64,000 bases of DNA, taken from the NCBI GenBank assembly GCA_963767925.1, contig CAVYGB010000001.1, forward strand, positions 320,001 through 384,000. Direction: 5' to 3'. The notes beneath the pieces were generated by a model that did no database searches, had not been told where the DNA came from, and was given only the letters and a program-made list of their open reading frames with translations. How positions within the stretch are numbered: the stretch's first letter is position 1; every line of letters begins with the position of its first letter. The position numbers and the translations under genes were made by a program. This DNA is from an uncultured delta proteobacterium. GTDB taxonomy: Bacteria > Myxococcota_A > Polyangia > Fen-1088. Shown one piece after another: positions 39,844-49,142 of this stretch.

Positions 39844-40317
39844 TCACACGCCGCAATCGATGGGGGGGTCTGGATATTCGCCGCGGATGATCGAAGGCAA
39901 GAGGATGGCCAGGCGGCGGGGCGCGAACTCTTCGCTCGATTGCTCGATCTCGGCGAGTCGCCACCAGCGGTGGCCGACGACGTAGGAGTCGCCCAGGACC
40001 GGGTCGAGGAACGGCTCTTTCGCCCGGGCGATGAAGAAGCGCTCGTACTGGTCGTGGCGCCGTCCTCGCCAATCGAAGACGTGTCGCCGCGTCCAGACCC
40101 ACCGCTCGATCGGAAGCACCAGCCCGGTCTCTTCAAAGAGCTCCCGCTGCGCGGCCGCCTCGAAGCTCTCGCCCGCCTTCAGGCCCCCGCCGGGCGCCAC
40201 CCACCAGCGATGCCCGCCAGGCCCGTCCTGCGCTTCGAGCAGGAGGAGCCGACTCTCCTCGTCGAACAGGAGGACCCGGGCAGCAGCTCGCGCTCCCTCT
40301 GGAATGGGGAATTCCAT
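39844..40317 (-). CDS. NUDIX hydrolase
   Basis: GGGLKAGESFEAAAQRELFEETG Nudix box. Confidence 0.9.
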   Translation of the reverse strand: MEFPIPEGARAAARVLLFDEESRLLLLEAQDGPGGHRWWVAPGGGLKAGESFEAAAQRELFEETGLVLPIERWVWTRRHVFDWRGRRHDQYERFFIARAKEPFLDPVLGDSYVVGHRWWRLAEIEQSSEEFAPRRLAILLPSIIRGEYPDPPIDCGV

Positions 40318-40340
40318 GATGGCTCGGGTCGATCTGACGA

Positions 40341-40975
40341 CTACCGTTGCTGCCGAGGTAGAGGCTCTTCGATGAACTCGACGGCGACACGCGTGTCGCC
40401 GTTCACCGTGAACGTACAGTTGAGGACCCTGCCACTGCAGACTCCGCTCCACCCAGCGAAGATCGAACCGGCTATCGGCATGGCCAGCAGGCTCACGCGC
40501 GTGCCCGTCAACACGTCGACCTGGCAGTTGCTCAGGCAGCGGAGGGGGGTGTCGGTGGCGGCAACCACGCCCATGCCGGTGCCCAGGAACTCGATGCGCA
40601 TCACCACCCTGACGACCGGGGCGCCGCCGTCAGGAGAGGGCGAACCGGCGCTGCCATCGGACGCTGGGGAGGCGCGGACTCGCCGCCGTCGCGACCGATG
40701 AGGTCCGGAAGACTCCCGTCGAGCGCCTGAGAGGCGACGTCGGGGCGCGACTCCGGCCCGCCGCCGTCACGGCCCGGGACACTCCCGTCGAGCTCGCGCA
40801 GCGAAGCCGGTCGGAAGCATCGACCCCGCGCGAGCACGAACCCGTCGGGACACTCTCCGCTGGTCGCTGCCAGGAATCCATCTACGGCAACGTCGGAACA
40901 ACCGGGCGCCGAGGCTGCCACGGCCAGCACCGCGCCCGCCACCCGCGCAATCTGAAAGGAAGAGCGTTGGATCAT
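40341..40975 (-). pseudogene. Lipoprotein with InlB B-repeat-like domain, frameshifted near 40670
   Basis: Signal ending APGC in one frame; GTGMGVV..GTRVSLLA.P..GSIFAGWSGVCSG..CTFTVNGD in another. Confidence 0.55.
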
Positions 40976-41074
40976 GGTGAGCGCCGCGGACCCGAGAGTA
41001 GCCCTCCTCGCCCGGCGTGTCAGGTCGAAATGCCGCTGCCAGCGGCGGATCACGGCCCGCGTGGGCGACGGCCT

Positions 41075-42460
41075 TCACCGGCGCTTGCTGGGAGGCGGAG
41101 CGAGCAGGGTGAGGTCGACGGAGTGGGCCATGGCCTGGTAGCCGAGGCGGTTGGGGTGGATTCCGTCTCCGGCGCCGCCGACGGTGGTGTCGTGGGTCAT
41201 CTCGGGGCGGAGGCGGCCGGTCGCGGGATCCAGGACGGCGCGGTCGAAGTCGAGGACGGCGTCGAACAGGCCGGAGGTGCGGATGAAGCGGTTGAGGGCC
41301 TGGCGGCGGGCGTCTTGCTCGGGGTGGCCGTAGCGGCCTTCTTCGGCGCCGAGGGCGGTGGTCACGGTGGCGCCCAGGACCCGCAGGCCGGGGAGGCGCG
41401 CCTTCATGGCGGACACGCCGGCCTTCAGCGCGGCGGTCACCTCCGCGACCGAAGCGTTGCCCGAGCCGAAGTCGTTGATCCCCTCGAGCCAGATCACGCC
41501 CGCCACTCCGGACAGGGAAAGGACGTCTCGCTCGAGCCGGGCCAGCGCCGAGGGCCCGCCGGACATCGGCTTGCTCGGGGAGTACGCCTTGGGGCCGCTC
41601 ACCTGGTTGCCGCCGATGCCGGCGTTCACCACCGCCACGTTGTCGCCGTAGGCTGCGCGCAGGCGCCGCCCGAGCACGTCGGGCCAGCGATCGTCGCCGT
41701 TCAGGGTGGAGTTGGTGCCGTCGGTGATCGAGTCGCCGAGGGCCACGATGGCGTAGGCCGCGGCCGGCGCTCTCATCTCCAGGGCATCGAGGAAGTACCA
41801 GGAGGTCGTGCTGAAGGGAAAGCCCGCCTCGGCTTCCTGGGCCGCGCGGGAGCCGGCGCCGGGGGCGGTCAGATAAGACGTCTGCAGCGCCTTCGCGTGC
41901 CAGGTCATCGGCCCGCTCTCGGCGGGCACGTGGAAGCTGACCGCCAGCTTTCGACCGGCCAGCGAGGCGGCGCGCCCGCAGGCGAACGGCAGGTCCACGG
42001 GGTCGCTCCAGACCTGGTCGCTGGCCGGGACGGTGACGCGGGTCTTCCCACCAAAGCGGGCAGGGCGGTTGGTCCCCGGCACGACCGCCGAGCCCGCCTC
42101 CTGCAGGCCGACGTGGACGTCCGCGAAGGTCACCGGCTGGCTCCCGAAGGCGTTGCTGAACCGCAGCCGCGCCTGGCAGCCCCAGATCTCCGGCCGCACG
42201 ACGAGACGAAAAGACTGGTCGCGGGCGCCGCTGGCCGGCTTCGGAAGGGCGCGCGTCAGCTCGGGCTGGGCGAGGTCGTTGCCCGACGGATAGGGCCCGT
42301 GCGCCGAGCCGACCCAGCTCACGACCCACTTGGTGCCGCCCGCTGCCGGCGCCGCGGCCGCCCCCGCCGTCGAGAGAGCGGCCAGGAAGACGAAGGACAC
42401 GGCGGCGGCCATCGCCCGCCAGAACAGCATCGGACTCGAGGTGGTCAAGCGAAGCGGCAT
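41075..42460 (-). CDS. Secreted SGNH/GDSL hydrolase
   Basis: LGDSITDG, NAGIGGN, EGIND, DGIHPN. Confidence 0.9.
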   Translation of the reverse strand: MPLRLTTSSPMLFWRAMAAAVSFVFLAALSTAGAAAAPAAGGTKWVVSWVGSAHGPYPSGNDLAQPELTRALPKPASGARDQSFRLVVRPEIWGCQARLRFSNAFGSQPVTFADVHVGLQEAGSAVVPGTNRPARFGGKTRVTVPASDQVWSDPVDLPFACGRAASLAGRKLAVSFHVPAESGPMTWHAKALQTSYLTAPGAGSRAAQEAEAGFPFSTTSWYFLDALEMRAPAAAYAIVALGDSITDGTNSTLNGDDRWPDVLGRRLRAAYGDNVAVVNAGIGGNQVSGPKAYSPSKPMSGGPSALARLERDVLSLSGVAGVIWLEGINDFGSGNASVAEVTAALKAGVSAMKARLPGLRVLGATVTTALGAEEGRYGHPEQDARRQALNRFIRTSGLFDAVLDFDRAVLDPATGRLRPEMTHDTTVGGAGDGIHPNRLGYQAMAHSVDLTLLAPPPSKRR

Positions 42461-42539
42461 CGGGCGACTTTGCCCCAGCGCCACCTCGTTGCAAAGCCGT
42501 CCTCGGAAGGGCGCGCCGAGCACGCAGGCGGGGATGCGA

Positions 42540-42887
42540 TCAGGGAAGGGCGGGGTCGGCCGCGTCGCCGGGCGGGGGGACCGGGTTGTCGGGGGCGGGC
42601 GGCGCCTTCTGCCTGGCGAGCTCGCGCAGCGTGGCCAGCGGGACCGACAGGATCACGGCGTCGCGGGCGGCGGCGACCATCTCGATGGGGATCTCGAGGA
42701 GCGCGCTCTGGAAGATGCTGCCGGAGGCGCCAATCTCCCTGGCGATCTCTCTTTTCACGCGGAGGCGGATGGCGGTCACGGTCCAGGAGTCCATGTCGAC
42801 GAGGAGCTCGTCGAGGGTGCCGACCACCTGACCGCCGGCCTCGAGGACCGTCATTCCCTTCAATTGTGCTGTCGACGCGATCGGCAT
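42540..42887 (-). CDS. PRC-barrel domain protein
   Basis: LKGMTVL..GQVVGTLDELLVD..W.V..I pattern. Confidence 0.7.
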   Translation of the reverse strand: MPIASTAQLKGMTVLEAGGQVVGTLDELLVDMDSWTVTAIRLRVKREIAREIGASGSIFQSALLEIPIEMVAAARDAVILSVPLATLRELARQKAPPAPDNPVPPPGDAADPALP

Positions 42888-43173
42888 GGGCTTCTCCGTT
42901 CGGGTACCCGAAGGGGCTCGCTCGGCGCCCCACCCTGGCACCCTGGCGCTCCCCCCGTCCTCGAATATGCGTTCGCGGCGCGCCCGGGAAAGCCCCCGTC
43001 CGGACCGACGCTCCTCCCTCGATCGCAGGGGGGTGACCTGACGTGGGGAGACAACGCCGCTGGCCGGCGCTGCCGGGAGCACCGGCGCGAGATTTCGCCA
43101 ACGTCGGGGGCATTCTGAGGCATGATCGCCCCCGGTCGTCGGGCGTCGGTCGCGAGCTGAAAGGAGTCTCTCC

Positions 43174-43731
43174 ATGGCTTTAGCGAAGCTGGATCTTGCA
43201 GGAGATGGGTTTTTCCACTTGGTGGATCTGCTGGAGCTGGCAAAGGCGGACCTGCCAGAAGAGGTGCCCGCCCCGCTCGACAGCGAGTTCCGGGAGCTTG
43301 CGCGCGCCTACCGCAAGGCAGATCCGGCGCTGCGCCAGCAGGTGCGCGATCAGATCCCGGACGAATACTGGTTGCCGCTGCTCAAGCTGGCCGATCGGTG
43401 CGCCGAGTGGGCCCTGGCCGACCGGGACCCCGCCCACATCGAGGACGGGCTGACCGCCTATTGCCTCGAAGACTTTCGCTTCGACGCGCACGAGAACCTC
43501 GTCCACCTCAGCCTGCTCTGGTACGCCGGCAAGACCCTGCACGCCGACTCGGCCATGCTGTTCAACCAGATCGGTCGCTACGGCTCGGCGCAGGGGCTGC
43601 AGGCGCTGAGCGCCTTCTCGGCGCGGCCCGACGAGGCGAAGTCTCCCTGGAGCATGGGGCTCGAGACCTACGAGAAAGCCGGCCACACCCGCTTCCGACC
43701 CCGGCGCCCCAAGGCGACAAAGACCGCGTAA
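43174..43731 (+). CDS. Hypothetical helical protein
   Basis: AAGGAG SD and protein-like composition. Confidence 0.65.
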   Translation: MALAKLDLAGDGFFHLVDLLELAKADLPEEVPAPLDSEFRELARAYRKADPALRQQVRDQIPDEYWLPLLKLADRCAEWALADRDPAHIEDGLTAYCLEDFRFDAHENLVHLSLLWYAGKTLHADSAMLFNQIGRYGSAQGLQALSAFSARPDEAKSPWSMGLETYEKAGHTRFRPRRPKATKTA

Positions 43732-43739
43732 CAGTCCGT

Positions 43740-44663
43740 TCAGGACGGGCGAGTCACGTCGCAGGAGGGGACGGCGCGGTCGTTGATCCGGTAGGGGTCG
43801 TAGCGGGCGTCGCGGAACAGGTCCAGGATGGAGGCGGCCAGGCGCGGGTGGGTGGGCTCCAGGAACCGCAGGGTGGCGAGGCGGCCCTCCTGGTCCAGGC
43901 ACAGCCGCACCGGCGGGCGGGCGCCCTGCAGCCCGGCTCCGAACTCCACGGGGGTGCGGAGCGGATCGGCCTTCTCGAGGCGCGCCTTCTCGAGCACCGG
44001 GGGCGGACGGCTCGGCCGCGCGGCCAGCGCGGCGGCGTCGGAGCGTCGCCGCGCGATCGGCACGGCCTCGACCTGCGGCAGGATCTCCAGCGAGGGCGCC
44101 CCGCCGTCCGCGCCCGGGACCTCGGCGATCTCGAGCGTGATGATCGCCTCGGGCTCGAAGGGCACCTCGTAGCGGCGCTCGATGCGCAGCAGAGGCCCCG
44201 GGCGGCCGTCTTCGAAGCGGATGGCCTCCACCTCGACCAGCACCGGCTGCGGGGTGGTCGCTCCGGAACCGGCGGTGGGCATCAACCGCGCGCCGATCGA
44301 AGCTGACACCCAGTAGAGCCGCACGGCCGGTGACAGCCGCGCGCGGTAGGCCACATTGAGCACGCGCCGCCCCACCGTCAGCCCCTGCGCGTCCCCATCC
44401 GGCGCCGGGATCGGCCCGCTCCCCCGGGCACCCGGCGAAACCCGCCCCGGGGCCCGCACCGCCGCCGCCGCCTCGCCCCGGAGCGCCGGGCAGGCCAGCG
44501 CCACCTCCTGCCAGCGCTCAGCGGCGCGCGCCGTATCCCCGGAGCCGGCGGCCGCGCGGGCCGCCTCCACCCGCTCCGCGCAGCACCCCGCATCGTTCGA
44601 TCGACACACGACCGCCGCCATCCGCGCCTGCAGGTACGTGGGCCGGCCATGGCGGTGGCAGGC
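43740..44663 (-). pseudogene. Protein with TonB C-terminal-like domain, 5' end lost
   Basis: VRLCLDQEGRL..ARYDPYRINDRAVPSC; begins at AC-HRH fused to the AraC fragment. Confidence 0.5.
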
Positions 44664-44886
44664 CCAGGGTGCCGCGGCCGTAGCGACGTGTGCCCTCGCG
44701 CCACAACGCGGCGAGCTCGGCCGCCGGCACCAGGGTCTCGCGCCTGTCGAGGTCGGTGCGGGACAGCCCCACCGCCCCGCACAGCGCCGCGACGTCGAGG
44801 CCCGCGGCGCCCATGCCCTCGAGGACCGCCAGCACCGACGCCGGCGATGAGCCGGTCCCGTCGCCGCGATCGAGCTCGGCCTCCAT
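44660..44886 (-). pseudogene. N-terminal fragment of an AraC-family regulator
   Basis: GLDVAALCGAVGL..LVPAAELAALW..GTLGL ligand-domain start; no HTH follows. Confidence 0.6.
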
Positions 44887-45030
44887 GTCGCCAGAGTGGC
44901 CTCGCGGTTGGCCGGGATCAACCCCCCGCCTGCGGCGCCTGGCGGGATCTGCCAAGACGTTGGCGCCCGGGGACCATGTCCCGACGCGCGCGTGGCGGTA
45001 CCAGTGAGGGGACCAGAAGGAGGTCCTTCA

Positions 45031-45501
45031 TTGGAAAAGATCGCAACCGTCGTCCTGTGGCTCCTCGTCGTCGCGTCCGGCATCCTGGTGGGCGGGTCCA
45101 TCTACGAGACCGTCGTCGTCAACCCGCTGTGGGCCGGCGCCCCACCCGCGTCCGTGACGGCCTGGCCCTACGTGTCCATCCAGCGGAAGTTCTTCATGGT
45201 GGCGACGCCCGGGTGGGCCCTGCTCGCCCTCGTGACCTTCGCGCTCTCCTTCTCGATGCCCGGACCGGCGCCCTTCTGGGCCCGAGCCGCCGGCGTCATC
45301 GGCGTGGGCGTGATGATCTGGACGACGGTGTTCTTCATTCCCCGGGTGACGAAGACCGAGGGCAACCGCGGCGCCGGCCTCACCGGCGAGGAGATCACGC
45401 GCTTCACCCTGCAGTTCGTGCACTGGGGATACCTCCGCACCGCCCTCGCGTTCGGAGGCTGGCTCGCCGCCATCCGCGCCCTCATCCTCACATCGCGCTG
45501 A
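45031..45501 (+). CDS. DUF1772-like membrane protein
   Basis: TTG start with GGAGG; four hydrophobic segments; GGSIYE..VVNPLW. Confidence 0.65.
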   Translation: MEKIATVVLWLLVVASGILVGGSIYETVVVNPLWAGAPPASVTAWPYVSIQRKFFMVATPGWALLALVTFALSFSMPGPAPFWARAAGVIGVGVMIWTTVFFIPRVTKTEGNRGAGLTGEEITRFTLQFVHWGYLRTALAFGGWLAAIRALILTSR

Positions 45502-45641
45502 GGCGCCCGCGGTCGACCGCTGACGGCGCCAGGGCACCGGAGTGTGTGACACAATGAAACAGGCGCCGATCTCGACGTCGGCTCCGAGTCGGCTCCGAGT
45601 CCGCGGGTACAGGTGGGCAGCGTTCACGGGGGGGAGGGTTC

Positions 45642-47414
45642 ATGACCGGTTCCGGCGTTCGCCAGTCGGCAGGTGCGGCGGCCACGCTCGTCGTCGCAGG
45701 CGTCCTCCTCCTCCCGAGCTGTTCCGCTGGCGGCGAGAAGGTTCCGGATCCCGGGCCCGCGGTGCGGGCGGTGATGGACAAGGCGGGGGACGTGGCGGCC
45801 ACGTTTCCGGTGCGGGCCTACGCGGGCAGCATCCAGGGGGCGCGGGGGGCCGTGCCGCTGTATTTTCCCGAGTGGACCACGCTGGCCCAGGGGGGAGCCG
45901 AGGCCCGGGCCGCGATGCTGGCGGCGTTCACCGGCAAGGCCAGCTACCCGTCCGACCTCCGCCTGGCGCTCTATGCCTACGCGCTGGACGGCCAGCTCGA
46001 CGCAGCAGGCGCGGCCCGGCTGCGCGGCTTTCTCACCGACAACCTGACCAGCGATCTGGACTGGACGCCTCACTTCATCACCCACGCCTTGCGCCGGGCG
46101 CCGGGGGCGTCGGGGCCGGGCGAGCCGGGCTGGTACAGCGGCCTTGAGATCACGGCGGCCGCGGCCGGCCCGTCCAGCGCGAGCGCGCGGACCGCGCCGG
46201 GCGATCGGGGGTCGCTGGCCCAGACCGAGGTCCCCCCGCGCTGCAAGAAGCGCTGGCTGCTGGTGGGGGCGGACGGCAAGCCGCTGACCTACGTCGATCC
46301 CGGCGACGGCAGGACCAAACCGGTCGCCATCGAGGGGGACGAACACGCCAGCCCGACGGTGCCCAGCGATCTGGCGGCCCACTGGCGCAGCGAGGTGTCC
46401 AGAGGAGGGGGCATGTACGTGAACGACGACCCCGAGTTCGTCGGCATGCCGTCCAAGCAGTTCAACTGCGGGGGCTACGCCTTTCGCGAGCTGAACGGCG
46501 GCAAGCGCTGGACCCTCGACCCGCACCAGGCCCACGCCACGCTGGTGGCGGCCGGCATCCTGGAAGAGATCCCCGCCGCCATGGCCCGGCCGGGCGACAA
46601 GGTCTTCTTCATGGGGGTCGAGGAGCCCGACAAGGTCGCGCACGTGGCCGAGGTGAAGAGCGTGGGCGGCCTGCTCAGCACCAGCATCACCCTGCGCAAC
46701 GCCGACCAGGCCAGCGGCCTGTGGGAGACCGACCTCGCATCGAAGTATTACACCGGCGCCTTCCTGGGGCTGGGCACCAAGGCCCACTACGCGGGACACA
46801 AGATCTACCGGTACAAGGCGGGCGCGCCGCCCAGGGTCATCGTCGATCCCGCCTCGCTGACCAACCCGGCCTATTGCGGGGGCAAGCAGGTGCCCGGGCA
46901 GGGCACCCTCGAGGTCACCATCGACGTGCCCAGCCGGCTGCTCTCGTTTCGGCCGACCACGTCCTTCGCCACCCGGGAGACCGACTGCCCGGTGGCGGTC
47001 ACCATGGTCGCCTGCAAGATCGCCGCGATCCAGGGCATCGAGACCGACCTGGCGGGGGCCCTGCAGGAAGCGTTCGAGCTCGCCTTCGACGCGACCTCGA
47101 TCCGCGGTCCGGGCAGCTACGCCGTGGGCGACGCCGCCGGCTGGAACAAGCACGACGGGTCGGTGCCGGTCGTGATCAACTTCCTGTCGAAGGACTTCAA
47201 GGACGCCGACGGCATCGAGCCCTTCTTCTGGTCCAGGTCGGGCACCGTCGACCTGACCACCTGGAACCCGGCCGCCGGGGGGCGGATGGCGGGCACCTTC
47301 CAGGCCAGCGTGGCGGTCTCCTTCTGGGCCACCGGCAAGGCCGCCAACGGCGACAGCATCATCGAGGAGCTGACCGGCACCATCAGGGGCTCGTTCGATC
47401 TGCCGGTGCCGTAG
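45642..47414 (+). CDS. Secreted lipoprotein with papain/NlpC-P60-like Cys-His motif
   Basis: LLPSC lipobox; FNCGGYAF..PGDKVFF..AHVAEV. Confidence 0.55.
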   Translation: MTGSGVRQSAGAAATLVVAGVLLLPSCSAGGEKVPDPGPAVRAVMDKAGDVAATFPVRAYAGSIQGARGAVPLYFPEWTTLAQGGAEARAAMLAAFTGKASYPSDLRLALYAYALDGQLDAAGAARLRGFLTDNLTSDLDWTPHFITHALRRAPGASGPGEPGWYSGLEITAAAAGPSSASARTAPGDRGSLAQTEVPPRCKKRWLLVGADGKPLTYVDPGDGRTKPVAIEGDEHASPTVPSDLAAHWRSEVSRGGGMYVNDDPEFVGMPSKQFNCGGYAFRELNGGKRWTLDPHQAHATLVAAGILEEIPAAMARPGDKVFFMGVEEPDKVAHVAEVKSVGGLLSTSITLRNADQASGLWETDLASKYYTGAFLGLGTKAHYAGHKIYRYKAGAPPRVIVDPASLTNPAYCGGKQVPGQGTLEVTIDVPSRLLSFRPTTSFATRETDCPVAVTMVACKIAAIQGIETDLAGALQEAFELAFDATSIRGPGSYAVGDAAGWNKHDGSVPVVINFLSKDFKDADGIEPFFWSRSGTVDLTTWNPAAGGRMAGTFQASVAVSFWATGKAANGDSIIEELTGTIRGSFDLPVP

Positions 47415-47523
47415 CCTCGCTCCTTGCTGCGCTGTCGGGGGGCGGGCCCAGCCCGACCCGTGCAGGTGGCAGGCGCGTTCACCGGGTACTCACTTTCATC
47501 CGGATTTGGCATAGTGGAGAGGC

Positions 47524-47964
47524 ATGCCCCCACTGACGGGACTACGAGTAGTTCGTTCGAGCATTCACGGCTACGGCGTGATCAGCACGCGGCCCTTCGC
47601 CGCGGGCGAGATGATCATCGAGGTCGACGGCGTGGCCCAGCGCCTCGAAGAGATCGTCGATGACGAGTACTGCCTGTGGATCACCGACGAGCTCTACTTC
47701 GACATGGTCGACCAGACCCGCTGGATCAATCACTCTTGCACCCCCAACGCCGAGGTCGACACCGAGGTCGACGAGCAGGGCAACGTCAGCGCCTGCATAA
47801 CCGCCGCGCGCGACATCGACGTCGGTGAAGAGATCACCTACGACTACGATTTCCCCACCCAGTTCGCCATTCCCTGCCACTGCTCCTCGCCCGAATGCCG
47901 CGGCCTGATCATCAACGCTGACTTGCTGTCGCCGGCGCGCCGCCAGGCGAATCGCAACGGCTGA
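47524..47964 (+). CDS. SET-domain protein-lysine methyltransferase
   Basis: IHGYGV, INHSCTPN, GEEITYDY, post-SET CHCSSPECRG. Confidence 0.9.
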   Translation: MPPLTGLRVVRSSIHGYGVISTRPFAAGEMIIEVDGVAQRLEEIVDDEYCLWITDELYFDMVDQTRWINHSCTPNAEVDTEVDEQGNVSACITAARDIDVGEEITYDYDFPTQFAIPCHCSSPECRGLIINADLLSPARRQANRNG

Positions 47965-47978
47965 CCTAGCCGGGAGCT

Positions 47979-48129
47979 TAGCCGCTCGCGCCGGGGTCGC
48001 CGGGCGAGCGTCCCGCTAGCCGCCCGCGCCGGGGTCGCCGGGCGAGCGTCCCGTCCCCCTTGCAGGATCGCCTGGCGTCGCTGCCAGCGTGAAAGCCCGT
48101 AGGGCACCCGCGGCCCGTAGGGCACCCGC
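47979..48129. repeat. Two REP-like tandem repeat pairs
   Basis: 37-bp TAGCCGCYCGCGCCGGGGTCGCCGGGCGAGCGTCCCG at 47979 and 48017; 17-bp GCCCGTAGGGCACCCGC at 48095 and 48113. Confidence 0.8.
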
Positions 48130-48167
48130 CCGCCCATACCCAGGCCAGATGGGCGAGATCCGCCCGC

Positions 48168-48200
48168 TTGACAATCAATAAGTAATTACTTATGTATTGA
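48168..48200 (+). promoter_or_regulatory. TTGACA -35 plus palindromic ArsR operator
   Basis: TTGACA at 48168; perfect 16-bp ATAAGTAATTACTTAT at 48178-48193 directly upstream of the ArsR gene. Confidence 0.75.
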
Positions 48201-48202
48201 TC

Positions 48203-48532
48203 ATGCAGAGCGCGGCCGCGGCCGAAGACCGGATCTTCCAGGCGCTGGCTGACCCCAGCCGCCGGGCGATCTTCGAGTCGCTAACGCGCGGCGAGGCGGC
48301 GGTGAAGGACCTCACGGGCCGCTTCGACATCTCGCAGCCGGCCGTCTCGCAGCACCTCGCCACCTTGAAGGAAGCCGGCCTGGTGAACGGCCGGCGCGAG
48401 GGGCGCTGTGTCTATTACCGGGTGGAGCCGCGCGGGATGAAGCCGCTCATCGATTGGATCGCCCACTACCGCGCCTTCTGGACCGAACACGTCGATCGCC
48501 TCGAGCAGCTCCTGGAGAAGATGGACAAATGA
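48203..48532 (+). CDS. ArsR/SmtB-family regulator
   Basis: IFQALADPSRRAI, ISQPAVSQHL..L.EAGLV. Confidence 0.9.
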   Translation: MQSAAAAEDRIFQALADPSRRAIFESLTRGEAAVKDLTGRFDISQPAVSQHLATLKEAGLVNGRREGRCVYYRVEPRGMKPLIDWIAHYRAFWTEHVDRLEQLLEKMDK

Positions 48533-48719
48533 CTCTGCTCGGCGATCGCGGCCACCCACCCGCTTCAGCAGCCGGGGCCCCACCGCCGGCGGCCACCAGA
48601 AGACCGCCCGGGCAGGGGGTGCCGCCCGCCGACCGGACCGTCGAAATTTTCACCAAGCCGTCCGCTTGGACGAACGGCCGCGTCGCCTGCGGCCATGCCC
48701 CAACCAAGGAGCCAGCACC

Positions 48720-49094
48720 ATGAACGTTCTCTTGTGGGTCCTCCAGGTCGCGCTCGCCCTGCTCTACATCGCGGGCGGAGCGTACAAGTTGACCAGCTTC
48801 GACCAGCTCGCGAGCCAGATGACCACGCTCCCACCCGGCGGGTGGCGCGCGCTCGGCGTGATCGAGATCCTGGGCGGGATCCTGCTGATCGTCCCGGCCG
48901 CCACCAGGTGGATGCCGTTCCTCACCCCCGCCGCCGCCGTCGTGCTCGCCGTGGAAACCCTGGCCCTCGCCGCCCTCTACGCGAGCTATTCGCTCAAGCT
49001 GACCGGCACCAACCCCCTGATCTGGGCCGCCGTGATGGCCCTCCTGGTCGCCTTCGTCGCCTACGGTCGCTACGCGATCCGCCCGCCCGCCTGA
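48720..49094 (+). CDS. DoxX-family membrane protein
   Basis: AAGGAG SD; LWVLQVALAL..GAYKL, LGVIEILGGILLIVP, VAYGR. Confidence 0.8.
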   Translation: MNVLLWVLQVALALLYIAGGAYKLTSFDQLASQMTTLPPGGWRALGVIEILGGILLIVPAATRWMPFLTPAAAVVLAVETLALAALYASYSLKLTGTNPLIWAAVMALLVAFVAYGRYAIRPPA

Positions 49095-49142
49095 CCACCC
49101 AGGTGCGCCCGCCAACCTCCGGAGCCGGTGGCTCGTCGAGCT

